From Gordius albopunctatus (taxonomy: Eukaryota), in NCBI GenBank assembly GCA_964276515.1, contig OZ193910.1, positions 7,378,001-7,442,000 of the forward strand: 64,000 nt of DNA, written 5' to 3'. The stretch's first letter is position 1, and every line of letters begins with the position of its first letter. Below, piece after piece: positions 26,821 to 41,805 of this stretch. The notes under the pieces were generated by a model that had not been told where the DNA came from, searched no databases, and saw nothing but the letters and a program-made list of their open reading frames with translations. Position numbers and translations under genes: made by a program.

Positions 26821-29099
26821 GGATGTTTTAGATTGAGAGAAATTAAAATTTTCGTGTTGCGTTTAGATTGTTTCAATATGGCTTTATAAGCGTGTCTCTA
26901 GTTTTAGTGAAACAAGGTCCATGCGATCGTGATTTAGAGTTAATAATTTTTGATGACTGATCCAAAAAATGTTTTTCAAGGAATTCACCTCTTATACCGA
27001 AAACTTTCATGAGAGCTATATGGTTGAACAAAAAAAATTAAAACAATTTTGAGGTCGAAAAAAATATTATTTTTCATATTCTTTCGAAAGGGAGATGAAA
27101 AAATCTTTAAAAGTTAGTAAATATTCTTAGCATTTTGTCCTTGTTAGAATCTTGATAGGAATTTATGCGTGGGAGGATGTTTTAGATTGAGAGAAATTAA
27201 AATTTAGGTGTTGCGTTTAGATTGTTTCAATATCGCTTTATAAGCGTGTCTCTAGTTTTAGTGAAACAAGCTCTATGCGATCGTGATTTAGAGTTAATAA
27301 TTTTTGATGACTGATCCAAAAAATGTTTTTCAAGGAATTCACCTCTTATACCGAAAACTTTCATGAGAGCTATATGGTTGAACAAAAAAAATTAAAACAA
27401 TTTTGAGGTCGAAAAAAATATTATTTTTCATATTCTTTCGAAAGGGAGATGAAAAAATCTTTAAAAGTTAGTAAATATTCTTAGCATTTTGTCCTTGTTA
27501 GAATCTTGATAGGAATTTATGCGTGGGAGGATGTTTTAGATTGAGAGAAATTAAAATTTAGGTGTTGCGTTTAGATTGTTTCAATATCGCTTTATAAGCG
27601 TGTCTCTAGTTTTAGTGAAACAAGCTCTATGCGATCGTGATTTAGAGTTAATAATTTTTGATGACTGATCAAAAAAATGTTTTTAAAGGAATTCACCTCT
27701 TATACCGAAAACTTTCATGAGAGCTATATGGTTGAACAAAAAAAATTAAAACAATTTTGAGGTCGAAAAAAATATTATTTTTCATATTATTTCGAAAGGG
27801 AGATGAAAAAAGAATTTTTGCGTGGGGGATGTTTGAGATTGAGAGAAATTAAAATTTTCGTGTTGCGTTTAGATTGTTTCAATATCGCTTTATAAGCGTG
27901 TTTCTAGTTTTAGTGAAACAGGCTCTATGCGATCGTGATTTAGAGTTAATAATTTTTGATGACTGATCAAAAAAATGTTTTTCAAGGAATTAACATTTTT
28001 TACCGAAAACTTTAATGAGAGCTATATGGTTGAAGAAAAAATTGAAACAATTTTGAGGTCGAAAAAAATATTATTTTTCATATTCTTTCGAAAGGGAGAT
28101 GAAAAAATCTTTAAAAGTTAGTAAATATTCTTAGCATTTTGTCCTTGTTAGAATCTTGATAGGAATTTATGCGTGGGAGGATGTTTTAGATTGAGAGAAA
28201 TTAAAATTTAGGTGTTGCGTTTATATTGTTTCAATATCGCTTTATAAGCGTGTCTCTAGTTTTAGTGAAACAAGGTCCATGCGATCGTGATTTAGAGTTA
28301 ATAATTTTTGATGACTGATCAAAAAAAATGTTTTTCAAGGAATTAACATTTTTTACCGAAAACTTTCATGAGAGCTATATGGTTGAACAAAAAAATTAAA
28401 AAAATTTTGAGGTCGAAAAAAATATTATTTTTTATATTCTTTCGAATGGGAGATGAAAAAATCCTTAAAAGTTAGTAAATATTCTTAGCATTCTGTCCTT
28501 GTTAGAATCTTGAAAGGAATTTTTGCGTGGGGGGATGTTTTAGATTGAGAGAAATTAAAATTTTCGTGTTGCGTTTAGATTGTTTCAATATGGCTTTATA
28601 AGCGTGTCTCTAGTTTTAGTGAAACAAGGTCCATGCGATCGTGATTTAGAGTTAATAATTTTTGATGACTGATCCAAAAAATGTTTTTCAAGGAATTCAC
28701 CTCTTATACCGAAAACTTTCATGAGAGCTATATGGTTGAACAAAAAAAATTAAAACAATTTTGAGGTCGAAAAAAATATTATTTTTCATATTCTTTCGAA
28801 AGGGAGATGAAAAAATCTTTAAAAGTTAGTAAATATTCTTAGCATTTTGTCCTTGTTAGAATCTTGATAGGAATTTATGCGTGGGAGGATGTTTTAGATT
28901 GAGAGAAATTAAAATTTAGGTGTTGCGTTTAGATTGTTTCAATATCGCTTTATAAGCGTGTCTCTAGTTTTAGTGAAACAAGCTCTATGCGATCGTGATT
29001 TAGAGTTAATAATTTTTGATGACTGATCAAAAAAATGTTTTTAAAGGAATTCACCTCTTATACCGAAAACTTTCATGAGAGCTATATGGTTGAACAAAA

Positions 29100-32000
29100 A
29101 AAATTAAAACAATTTTGAGGTCGAAAAAAATATTATTTTTCATATTCTTTCGAAAGGGAGATGAAAAAAGAATTTTTGCGTGGGGGATGTTTGAGATTGA
29201 GAGAAATTAAAATTTTCGTATTGCGTTTAGATTGTTTCAATATCGCTTTATAAGCGTGTTTCTAGTTTTAGTGAAACAGGCTCTATGCGATCGTGATTTA
29301 GAGTTAATAATTTTTGATGACTGATCAAAAAAATATTTTTCAAGGAATTCACCTCTTATACCGAAAACTTTCATAAGAGCTATATGGTTGAACAAAAAAA
29401 TTGAAAAAATTTTGAGGTCGAAAAAAATATTATTTTTCATATTCTTTCGAAAGGGAGATGAAAAAATCTTTAAAAGTTTGTAAATATTCTTAGCATTTTG
29501 TCCTTGTTAGAATCTTGATAGGAATTTATGCGTGGGAGGATGTTTTAGATTGAGAGAAATTAAAATTTTCGTGTTGCGTTTAGATTGTTTCAATATCGCT
29601 TTATAAGCGTGTCTCTAGTTTTAGTGAAACAAGCTCCATGCGATCGTGATTTAGAGTTAATAATTTTTGATGACTGATCAAAAAAATGTTTTTCAAGGAA
29701 TTCACCTCTTATACCGAAAACTTTCATAAGAGCTATATGGTTGAACAAAAAAATTGAAAAAATTTTGAGGTCGAAAAAAATATTATTTTTCATATTCTTT
29801 CGAAAGGGAGATGAAAAAATCTTTAAAAGTTAGTAAATATTCTTAGAATTTTGTCCTTGTTAGAATCTTGATAGGAATTTATGCGTGGGAGGATGTTTTA
29901 GATTGAGAGAAATTAAAATTTAGGTGTACGTTTATATTGTTTCAATATCGCTTTATAAGCGTGTCTCTAGTTTTAGTGAAACAAGCTCTATGCGATCGTG
30001 ATTTAGAGTTAATAATTTTTGATGACTGATCAAAAAAATGTTTTTAAAGGAATTAACATTTTTTACCGAAAACTTTCATGAGAGCTATATGGTTGAAGAA
30101 AAAATTGAAACAATTTTGAGGTCGAAAAAAATATTATTTTTCATATTCTTTCGAAAGGGAGATGAAAAAATCTTTAAAAGTTAGTAAATATTCTTAGCAT
30201 TTTGTCCTTGTTAGAATCTTGATAGGAATTTATGCGTGGGAGGATGTTTTAGATTGAGAGAAATTAAAATTTTCGTGTTGCGTTTAGATTGTTTCAATAT
30301 CGCTTTATAAGCGTGTCTCTAGTTTTAGTGAAACAAGCTCCATGCGATCGTGATTTAGAGTTAATAATTTTTGATGACTGATCAAAAAAATGTTTTTCAA
30401 GGAATTCACCTCTTATACCGAAAACTTTCATGAGAGCTATATGGTTGAACAAAAAAAATTAAAACAATTTTGAGGTCGAAAAAAATATTATTTTTCATAT
30501 TCTTTCGAAAGGGAGATGAAAAAATCTTTAAAAGTTAGTAAATATTCTTAGCATTTTGTCCTTGTTAGAATCTTGATAGGAATTTATGCGTGGGGGGATG
30601 TTTTAGATTGAGAGAAATTAAAATTTTCGTGTTGCGTTTAGATTGTTTCAATATGGCTTTATAAGCGTGTCTCTAGTTTTAGTGAAACAAGGTCCATGCG
30701 ATCGTGATTTAGAGTTAATAATTTTTGATGACTGATCAAAAAAATGTTTTTCAAGGAATTCACCTCTTATACCGAAAACTTTCATGAGAGCTATATGGTT
30801 GAACAAAAAAAATTAAAACAATTTTGAGGTCGAAAAAAATATTATTTTTCATATTCTTTCGAAAGGGAGATGAAAAAATCTTTAAAAGTTAGTAAATATT
30901 CTTAGCATTTTGTCCTTGTTAGAATCTTGATAGGAATTTATGCGTGGGAGGATGTTTTAGATTGAGAGAAATTAAAATTTAGGTGTACGTTTATATTGTT
31001 TCAATATCGCTTTATAAGCGTGTCTCTAGTTTTAGTGAAACAAGCTCTATGCGATCGTGATTTAGAGTTAATAATTTTTGATGACTGATCAAAAAAATAT
31101 TTTTAAAGGAATTCACCTCTTATACCGAAAACTTTCATGAGAGCTATATGGTTGAACAAAAAAAATTAAAACAATTTTGAGGTCGAAAAAAATATTATTT
31201 TTCATATTCTTTCGAAAGGGAGATGAAAAAAGAATTTTTGCGTGGGGGATGTTTGAGATTGAGAGAAATTAAAATTTTCGTGTTGCGTTTAGATTGTTTC
31301 AATATCGCTTTATAAGCGTGTTTCTAGTTTTAGTGAAACAGGCTCTATGCGATCGTGATTTAGAGTTAATAATTTTTGATGACTGATCAAAAAAATATTT
31401 TTCAAGGAATTCACCTCTTATACCGAAAACTTTCATAAGAGCTATATGGTTGAACAAAAAAATTGAAAAAATTTTGAGGTCGAAAAAAATATTATTTTTC
31501 ATATTCTTTCGAAAGGGAGATGAAAAAAGAATTTTTGCGTGGGGGATGTTTGAGATTGAGAGAAATTAAAATTTTCGTATTGCGTTTAGATTGTTTCAAT
31601 ATCGCTTTATAAGCGTGTTTCTAGTTTTAGTGAAACAGGCTCTATGCGATCGTGATTTAGAGTTAATAATTTTTGATGACTGATCAAAAAAATATTTTTC
31701 AAGGAATTCACCTCTTATACCGAAAACTTTCATAAGAGCTATATGGTTGAACAAAAAAATTGAAAAAATTTTGAGGTCGAAAAAAATATTATTTTTCATA
31801 TTCTTTCGAAAGGGAGATGAAGAAAACTTTAAAAGTTTGTAAATATTCTTAGCATTTTGTCCTTGTTAGAATCTTGATAGGAATTTATGCGTGGGAGGAT
31901 GTTTTAGATTGAGAGAAATTAAAATTTTCGTGTTGCGTTTAGATTGTTTCAATATCGCTTTATAAGCGTGTCTCTAGTTTTAGTGAAACAAGCTCCATGC

Positions 32001-34280
32001 GATCGTGATTTAGAGTTAATAATTTTTGATGACTGATCAAAAAAATGTTTTTCAAGGAATTCACCTCTTATACCGAAAACTTTCATAAGAGCTATATGGT
32101 TGAACAAAAAAATTGAAAAAATTTTGAGGTCGAAAAAAATATTATTTTTCATATTCTTTCGAAAGGGAGATGAAAAAATCTTTAAAAGTTAGTAAATATT
32201 CTTAGAATTTTGTCCTTGTTAGAATCTTGATAGGAATTTATGCGTGGGAGGATGTTTTAGATTGAGAGAAATTAAAATTTAGGTGTACGTTTATATTGTT
32301 TCAATATCGCTTTATAAGCGTGTCTCTAGTTTTAGTGAAACAAGCTCTATGCGATCGTGATTTAGAGTTAATAATTTTTGATGACTGATCAAAAAAATGT
32401 TTTTAAAGGAATTAACATTTTTTACCGAAAACTTTCATGAGAGCTATATGGTTGAAGAAAAAATTGAAACAATTTTGAGGTCGAAAAAAATATTATTTTT
32501 CATATTCTTTCGAAAGGGAGATGAAAAAATCTTTAAAAGTTAGTAAATATTCTTAGCATTTTGTCCTTGTTAGAATCTTGATAGGAATTTATGCGTGGGA
32601 GGATGTTTTAGATTGAGAGAAATTAAAATTTTCGTGTTGCGTTTAGATTGTTTCAATATCGCTTTATAAGCGTGTCTCTAGTTTTAGTGAAACAAGCTCC
32701 ATGCGATCGTGATTTAGAGTTAATAATTTTTGATGACTGATCAAAAAAATGTTTTTCAAGGAATTCACCTCTTATACCGAAAACTTTCATGAGAGCTATA
32801 TGGTTGAACAAAAAAAATTAAAACAATTTTGAGGTCGAAAAAAATATTATTTTTCATATTCTTTCGAAAGGGAGATGAAAAAATCTTTAAAAGTTAGTAA
32901 ATATTCTTAGCATTTTGTCCTTGTTAGAATCTTGATAGGAATTTATGCGTGGGGGGATGTTTTAGATTGAGAGAAATTAAAATTTTCGTGTTGCGTTTAG
33001 ATTGTTTCAATATGGCTTTATAAGCGTGTCTCTAGTTTTAGTGAAACAAGGTCCATGCGATCGTGATTTAGAGTTAATAATTTTTGATGACTGATCAAAA
33101 AAATGTTTTTCAAGGAATTCACCTCTTATACCGAAAACTTTCATGAGAGCTATATGGTTGAACAAAAAAAATTAAAACAATTTTGAGGTCGAAAAAAATA
33201 TTATTTTTCATATTCTTTCGAAAGGGAGATGAAAAAATCTTTAAAAGTTAGTAAATATTCTTAGCATTTTGTCCTTGTTAGAATCTTGATAGGAATTTAT
33301 GCGTGGGAGGATGTTTTAGATTGAGAGAAATTAAAATTTAGGTGTACGTTTATATTGTTTCAATATCGCTTTATAAGCGTGTCTCTAGTTTTAGTGAAAC
33401 AAGCTCTATGCGATCGTGATTTAGAGTTAATAATTTTTGATGACTGATCAAAAAAATATTTTTAAAGGAATTCACCTCTTATACCGAAAACTTTCATGAG
33501 AGCTATATGGTTGAACAAAAAAAATTAAAACAATTTTGAGGTCGAAAAAAATATTATTTTTCATATTCTTTCGAAAGGGAGATGAAAAAAGAATTTTTGC
33601 GTGGGGGATGTTTGAGATTGAGAGAAATTAAAATTTTCGTGTTGCGTTTAGATTGTTTCAATATCGCTTTATAAGCGTGTTTCTAGTTTTAGTGAAACAG
33701 GCTCTATGCGATCGTGATTTAGAGTTAATAATTTTTGATGACTGATCAAAAAAATATTTTTCAAGGAATTCACCTCTTATACCGAAAACTTTCATAAGAG
33801 CTATATGGTTGAACAAAAAAATTGAAAAAATTTTGAGGTCGAAAAAAATATTATTTTTCATATTCTTTCGAAAGGGAGATGAAAAAAGAATTTTTGCGTG
33901 GGGGATGTTTGAGATTGAGAGAAATTAAAATTTTCGTATTGCGTTTAGATTGTTTCAATATCGCTTTATAAGCGTGTTTCTAGTTTTAGTGAAACAGGCT
34001 CTATGCGATCGTGATTTAGAGTTAATAATTTTTGATGACTGATCAAAAAAATATTTTTCAAGGAATTCACCTCTTATACCGAAAACTTTCATAAGAGCTA
34101 TATGGTTGAACAAAAAAATTGAAAAAATTTTGAGGTCGAAAAAAATATTATTTTTCATATTCTTTCGAAAGGGAGATGAAAAAATCTTTAAAAGTTTGTA
34201 AATATTCTTAGCATTTTGTCCTTGTTAGAATCTTGATAGGAATTTATGCGTGGGAGGATGTTTTAGATTGAGAGAAATTA
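29100..34280 (+). repeat. Tandem 2359-bp 7-mer HOR (5 long + 2 adjacent short monomers), ~2.2 copies
   Basis: ORF offsets are all 2359: 29237->31596->33955, 29590->31949 and 31299->33658. 5x353 + 2x297 = 2359. Confidence 0.9.
31299..31595 (+). repeat. Representative short 297-bp monomer (55-bp internal deletion plus a G-run one base shorter)
   Basis: It reads GGGAGATGAAAAAA|GAATTTTTGCGTGGGGGATG, whereas full monomers have GATGAAAAAA-TCTTTAAAAG...CTTGATAG-GAATTT. The ORF spacing is 297 bp. The first occurrence of this junction is at 3324/3325. Confidence 0.96.
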
Positions 34281-37200
34281 AAATTTAGGTGTACGTTTAT
34301 ATTGTTTCAATATCGCTTTATAAGCGTGTCTCTAGTTTTAGTGAAACAAGCTCTATGCGATCGTGATTTAGAGTTAATAATTTTTGATGACTGATCAAAA
34401 AAATGTTTTTAAAGGAATTAACATTTTTTACCGAAAACTTTCATGAGAGCTATATGGTTGAAGAAAAAATTGAAACAATTTTGAGGTCGAAAAAAATATT
34501 ATTTTTCATATTCTTTCGAAAGGGAGATGAAAAAATCTTTAAAAGTTAGTAAATATTCTTAGCATTTTGTCCTTGTTAGAATCTTGATAGGAATTTATGC
34601 GTGGGAGGATGTTTTAGATTGAGAGAAATTAAAATTTTCGTGTTGCGTTTAGATTGTTTCAATATCGCTTTATAAGCGTGTCTCTAGTTTTAGTGAAACA
34701 AGCTCCATGCGATCGTGATTTAGAGTTAATAATTTTTGATGACTGATCAAAAAAATGTTTTTCAAGGAATTCACCTCTTATACCGAAAACTTTCATGAGA
34801 GCTATATGGTTGAACAAAAAAAATTAAAACAATTTTGAGGTCGAAAAAAATATTATTTTTCATATTCTTTCGAAAGGGAGATGAAAAAATCTTTAAAAGT
34901 TAGTAAATATTCTTAGCATTTTGTCCTTGTTAGAATCTTGATAGGAATTTATGCGTGGGGGGATGTTTTAGATTGAGAGAAATTAAAATTTTCGTGTTGC
35001 GTTTAGATTGTTTCAATATGGCTTTATAAGCGTGTCTCTAGTTTTAGTGAAACAAGGTCCATGCGATCGTGATTTAGAGTTAATAATTTTTGATGACTGA
35101 TCAAAAAAATGTTTTTCAAGGAATTCACCTCTTATACCGAAAACTTTCATGAGAGCTATATGGTTGAACAAAAAAAATTAAAACAATTTTGAGGTCGAAA
35201 AAAATATTATTTTTCATATTCTTTCGAAAGGGAGATGAAAAAATCTTTAAAAGTTAGTAAATATTCTTAGCATTTTGTCCTTGTTAGAATCTTGATAGGA
35301 ATTTATGCGTGGGAGGATGTTTTAGATTGAGAGAAATTAAAATTTAGGTGTACGTTTATATTGTTTCAATATCGCTTTATAAGCGTGTCTCTAGTTTTAG
35401 TGAAACAAGCTCTATGCGATCGTGATTTAGAGTTAGTAATTTTTGATGACTGATCAAAAAAATATTTTTAAAGGAATTCACCTCTTATACCGAAAACTTT
35501 CATGAGAGCTATATGGTTGAACAAAAAAAATTAAAACAATTTTGAGGTCGAAAAAAATATTATTTTTCATATTCTTTCGAAAGGGAGATGAAAAAAGAAT
35601 TTTTGCGTGGGGGATGTTTGAGATTGAGAGAAATTAAAATTTTCGTGTTGCGTTTAGATTGTTTCAATATCGCTTTATAAGCGTGTTTCTAGTTTTAGTG
35701 AAACAGGCTCTATGCGATCGTGATTTAGAGTTAATAATTTTTGATGACTGATCAAAAAAATATTTTTCAAGGAATTCACCTCTTATACCGAAAACTTTCA
35801 TAAGAGCTATATGGTTGAACAAAAAAATTGAAAAAATTTTGAGGTCGAAAAAAATATTATTTTTCATATTCTTTCGAAAGGGATGATGAAAAAACCTTTA
35901 AAAGTTAGTAAATACTCATAGAATTTTGTCCTTGTTAGAATCTTGATAGGAACTTTTGCGTGGGGTGATGTTTTAGATTGAGAGAAATTAAAATTTTCGT
36001 GTTGCGTTTAGATTGTTTCAATATCGCTTTATAAGCGTGTCTCTAGATTTAGTGAAACAAGCTCCATGCGATCGTGATTTAGAGTTAATAATTTTTGATG
36101 ACTGATCAAAAAAAATGTTTTTCAAGGAATTAACATTTTTTACCGAAAACTTTCATGAGAGCTATATGGTTGAAGAAAAAATTGAAACAATTTTGAGGTC
36201 GAAAAAAATATTATTTTTCATATTCTTTCGAAAGGGAGATGAAAAAATCTTTAAAAGTTAGTAAATATTCTTAGCATTTTGTCCTTGTTAGAATCTTGAT
36301 AGGAATTTATGCGTGGGAGGATGTTTTAGATTGAGAGAAATTAAAATTTAGGTGTTGCGTTTATATTGTTTCAATATCGCTTTATAAGCGTGTCTCTAGT
36401 TTTAGTGAAACAAGCTCTATGCGATCGTGATTTAGAGTTAATAATTTTTGATGACTGATCAAAAAAATGTTTTTAAAGGAATTCACCTCTTATACCGAAA
36501 ACTTTCATGAGAGCTATATGGTTGAACAAAAAAAATTAAAACAATTTTGAGGTCGAAAAAAATATTATTTTTCATATTATTTCGAAAGGGAGATGAAAAA
36601 AGAATTTTTGCGTGGGGGATGTTTGAGATTGAGAGAAATTAAAATTTTCGTGTTGCGTTTAGATTGTTTCAATATCGCTTTATAAGCGTGTTTCTAGTTT
36701 TAGTGAAACAGGCTCTATGCGATCGTGATTTAGAGTTAATAATTTTTGATGACTGATCAAAAAAATATTTTTCAAGGAATTCACCTCTTATACCGAAAAC
36801 TTTCATAAGAGCTATATGGTTGAACAAAAAAATTGAAAAAATTTTGAGGTCGAAAAAAATATTATTTTTCATATTCTTTCGAAAGGGATGATGAAAAAAC
36901 CTTTAAAAGTTAGTAAATACTCATAGAATTTTGTCCTTGTTAGAATCTTGATAGGAACTTTTGCGTGGGGTGATGTTTTAGATTGAGAGAAATTAAAATT
37001 TTCGTGTTGCGTTTAGATTGTTTCAATATCGCTTTATAAGCGTGTCTCTAGTTTTAGTGAAACAAGCTCCATGCGATCGTGATTTAGAGTTAATAATTTT
37101 TGATGACTGATCAAAAAAATGTTTTTCAAGGAATTCACCTCTTATACCGAAAACTTTCATAAGAGCTATATGGTTGAACAAAAAAATTGAAAAAATTTTG

Positions 37201-40046
37201 AGGTCGAAAAAAATATTATTTTTCATATTCTTTCGAAAGGGAGATGAAAAAATCTTTAAAAGTTAGTAAATATTCTTAGAATTTTGTCCTTGTTAGAATC
37301 TTGATAGGAATTTATGCGTGGGAGGATGTTTTAGATTGAGAGAAATTAAAATTTAGGTGTACGTTTATATTGTTTCAATATCGCTTTATAAGCGTGTCTC
37401 TAGTTTTAGTGAAACAAGCTCTATGCGATCGTGATTTAGAGTTAATAATTTTTGATGACTGATCAAAAAAATGTTTTTAAAGGAATTAACATTTTTTACC
37501 GAAAACTTTCATGAGAGCTATATGGTTGAAGAAAAAATTGAAACAATTTTGAGGTCGAAAAAAATATTATTTTTCATATTCTTTCGAAAGGGAGATGAAA
37601 AAATCTTTAAAAGTTAGTAAATATTCTTAGCATTTTGTCCTTGTTAGAATCTTGATAGGAATTTATGCGTGGGAGGATGTTTTAGATTGAGAGAAATTAA
37701 AATTTTCGTGTTGCGTTTAGATTGTTTCAATATCGCTTTATAAGCGTGTCTCTAGTTTTAGTGAAACAAGCTCCATGCGATCGTGATTTAGAGTTAATAA
37801 TTTTTGATGACTGATCAAAAAAATGTTTTTCAAGGAATTCACCTCTTATACCGAAAACTTTCATGAGAGCTATATGGTTGAACAAAAAAAATTAAAACAA
37901 TTTTGAGGTCGAAAAAAATATTATTTTTCATATTCTTTCGAAAGGGAGATGAAAAAATCTTTAAAAGTTAGTAAATATTCTTAGCATTTTGTCCTTGTTA
38001 GAATCTTGATAGGAATTTATGCGTGGGGGGATGTTTTAGATTGAGAGAAATTAAAATTTTCGTGTTGCGTTTAGATTGTTTCAATATGGCTTTATAAGCG
38101 TGTCTCTAGTTTTAGTGAAACAAGGTCCATGCGATCGTGATTTAGAGTTAATAATTTTTGATGACTGATCAAAAAAATGTTTTTCAAGGAATTCACCTCT
38201 TATACCGAAAACTTTCATGAGAGCTATATGGTTGAACAAAAAAAATTAAAACAATTTTGAGGTCGAAAAAAATATTATTTTTCATATTCTTTCGAAAGGG
38301 AGATGAAAAAATCTTTAAAAGTTAGTAAATATTCTTAGCATTTTGTCCTTGTTAGAATCTTGATAGGAATTTATGCGTGGGAGGATGTTTTAGATTGAGA
38401 GAAATTAAAATTTAGGTGTACGTTTATATTGTTTCAATATCGCTTTATAAGCGTGTCTCTAGTTTTAGTGAAACAAGCTCTATGCGATCGTGATTTAGAG
38501 TTAGTAATTTTTGATGACTGATCAAAAAAATATTTTTAAAGGAATTCACCTCTTATACCGAAAACTTTCATGAGAGCTATATGGTTGAACAAAAAAAATT
38601 AAAACAATTTTGAGGTCGAAAAAAATATTATTTTTCATATTCTTTCGAAAGGGAGATGAAAAAAGAATTTTTGCGTGGGGGATGTTTGAGATTGAGAGAA
38701 ATTAAAATTTTCGTGTTGCGTTTAGATTGTTTCAATATCGCTTTATAAGCGTGTTTCTAGTTTTAGTGAAACAGGCTCTATGCGATCGTGATTTAGAGTT
38801 AATAATTTTTGATGACTGATCAAAAAAATATTTTTCAAGGAATTCACCTCTTATACCGAAAACTTTCATAAGAGCTATATGGTTGAACAAAAAAATTGAA
38901 AAAATTTTGAGGTCGAAAAAAATATTATTTTTCATATTCTTTCGAAAGGGATGATGAAAAAACCTTTAAAAGTTAGTAAATACTCATAGAATTTTGTCCT
39001 TGTTAGAATCTTGATAGGAACTTTTGCGTGGGGTGATGTTTTAGATTGAGAGAAATTAAAATTTTCGTGTTGCGTTTAGATTGTTTCAATATCGCTTTAT
39101 AAGCGTGTCTCTAGTTTTAGTGAAACAAGCTCCATGCGATCGTGATTTAGAGTTAATAATTTTTGATGACTGATCAAAAAAAATGTTTTTCAAGGAATTA
39201 ACATTTTTTACCGAAAACTTTCATGAGAGCTATATGGTTGAAGAAAAAATTGAAACAATTTTGAGGTCGAAAAAAATATTATTTTTCATATTCTTTCGAA
39301 AGGGAGATGAAAAAATCTTTAAAAGTTAGTAAATATTCTTAGCATTTTGTCCTTGTTAGAATCTTGATAGGAATTTATGCGTGGGAGGATGTTTTAGATT
39401 GAGAGAAATTAAAATTTAGGTGTTGCGTTTATATTGTTTCAATATCGCTTTATAAGCGTGTCTCTAGTTTTAGTGAAACAAGCTCTATGCGATCGTGATT
39501 TAGAGTTAATAATTTTTGATGACTGATCAAAAAAATGTTTTTAAAGGAATTCACCTCTTATACCGAAAACTTTCATGAGAGCTATATGGTTGAACAAAAA
39601 AAATTAAAACAATTTTGAGGTCGAAAAAAATATTATTTTTCATATTATTTCGAAAGGGAGATGAAAAAAGAATTTTTGCGTGGGGGATGTTTGAGATTGA
39701 GAGAAATTAAAATTTTCGTGTTGCGTTTAGATTGTTTCAATATCGCTTTATAAGCGTGTTTCTAGTTTTAGTGAAACAGGCTCTATGCGATCGTGATTTA
39801 GAGTTAATAATTTTTGATGACTGATCAAAAAAATATTTTTCAAGGAATTCACCTCTTATACCGAAAACTTTCATAAGAGCTATATGGTTGAACAAAAAAA
39901 TTGAAAAAATTTTGAGGTCGAAAAAAATATTATTTTTCATATTCTTTCGAAAGGGATGATGAAAAAACCTTTAAAAGTTAGTAAATACTCATAGAATTTT
40001 GTCCTTGTTAGAATCTTGATAGGAACTTTTGCGTGGGGTGATGTTT
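34213..40046 (+). repeat. Near-tandem duplication with 3068-bp (9-mer) period: ~34213-36978 copied at ~37281-40046
   Basis: ORFs 35664->38732 and 36669->39737 are at +3068. The private allele GAGTTAGTAAT was seen only at 35436 and 38504. Confidence 0.88.
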
Positions 40047-41805
40047 GAGATTGAGAGAAATTAAAATTTAGGTGTACGTTTATATTGTTTCAATATCGCT
40101 TTATAAGCGTGTCTCTAGTTTTAGTGAAACAAGCTCTATGCGATCGTGATTTAGAGTTAATAATTTTTGATGACTGATCAAAAAAATGTTTTTAAAGGAA
40201 TTAACATTTTTTACCGAAAACTTTCATGAGAGCTATATGGTTGAAGAAAAAATTGAAACAATTTTGAGGTCGAAAAAAATATTATTTTTCATATTCTTTC
40301 GAAATCGGAGATGAAAAAAGAATTTTTGCATGGGGGATGTTTGAGATTGAGAGAAATTAAAATTTTCGTGTTGCGTTTAGATTGTTTCAATATCGCTTTA
40401 TAAGCGTGTTTCTAGTTTTAGTGAAACAGGCTCTATGCGATCGTGATTTAGAGTTAATAATTTTTGATGACTGATCAAAAAAATATTTTTCAATGAATTC
40501 ACCTCTTATACCGAAAACTTTCATAAGAGCTATATGGTTGAACAAAAAAATTGAAAAAATTTTGAGGTCGAAAAAAATATTATTTTTCATATTCTTTCGA
40601 AAGGGATGATGAAAAAACCTTTAAAAGTTAGTAAATACTCATAGAATTTTGTCCTTGTTAGAATCTTGATAGGAACTTTTGCGTGGGGTGATGTTTGAGA
40701 TTGAGAGAAATTAAAATTTAGGTGTACGTTTATATTGTTTCAATATCGCTTTATAAGCGTGTCTCTAGTTTTAGTGAAACAAGCTCTATGCGATCGTGAT
40801 TTAGAGTTAATAATTTTTGATGACTGATCAAAAAAATGTTTTTAAAGGAATTAACATTTTTTACCGAAAACTTTCATGAGAGCTATATGGTTGAAGAAAA
40901 AATTGAAACAATTTTGAGGTCGAAAAAAATATTATTTTTCATATTCTTTCGAAAGGGAGATGAAAAAATCTTTAAAAGTTAGTAAATATTCTTAGCATTT
41001 TGTCCTTGTTAGAATCTTGATAGGAATTTATGCGTGGGAGGATGTTTTAGATTGAGAGAAATTAAAATTTAGGTGTTGCGTTTAGATTGATTCAATTTCG
41101 CTTTATAAGCGTGTCTCTAGTTTTAGTGAAACAAGCTCTATGCGATCGTGATTTAGAGTTAATAATTTTTCATGACTGATCAAAAAAAATGTTTTTCAAG
41201 GAATTAACATTTTTTACCGAAAACTTTCATGAGAGCTATATGGTTGAAGAAAAAATTGAAACAATTTTGAGGTCGAAAAAAATATTATTTTTCATATTCT
41301 TTCGAAAGGGAGATGAAAAAATCTTTAAAAGTTAGTAAATATTCTTAGCATTTTGTCCTTGTTAGAATCTTGATAGGAATTTATGCGTGGGAGGATGTTT
41401 TAGATTGAGAGAAATTAAAATTTAGGTGTTGCGTTTATATTGTTTCAATATCGCTTTATAAGCGTGTCTCTAGTTTTAGTGAAACAAGGTCCATGCGATC
41501 GTGATTTAGAGTTAATAATTTTTGATGACTGATCAAAAAAATGTTTTTAAAGGAATTAACATTTTTTACCGAAAACTTTCATGAGAGCTATATGGTTGAA
41601 CAAAAAAATTAAAAAAATTTTGAGGTCGAAAAAAATATTATTTTTTATATTCTTTCGAATGGGAGATGAAAAAATCCTTAAAAGTTAGTAAATATTCTTA
41701 GCATTCTGTCCTTGTTAGAATCTTGAAAGGAATTTTTGCGTGGGGGGATGTTTTAGATTGAGAGAAATTAAAATTTTCGTGTTGCGTTTAGATTGTTTCA
41801 ATATG

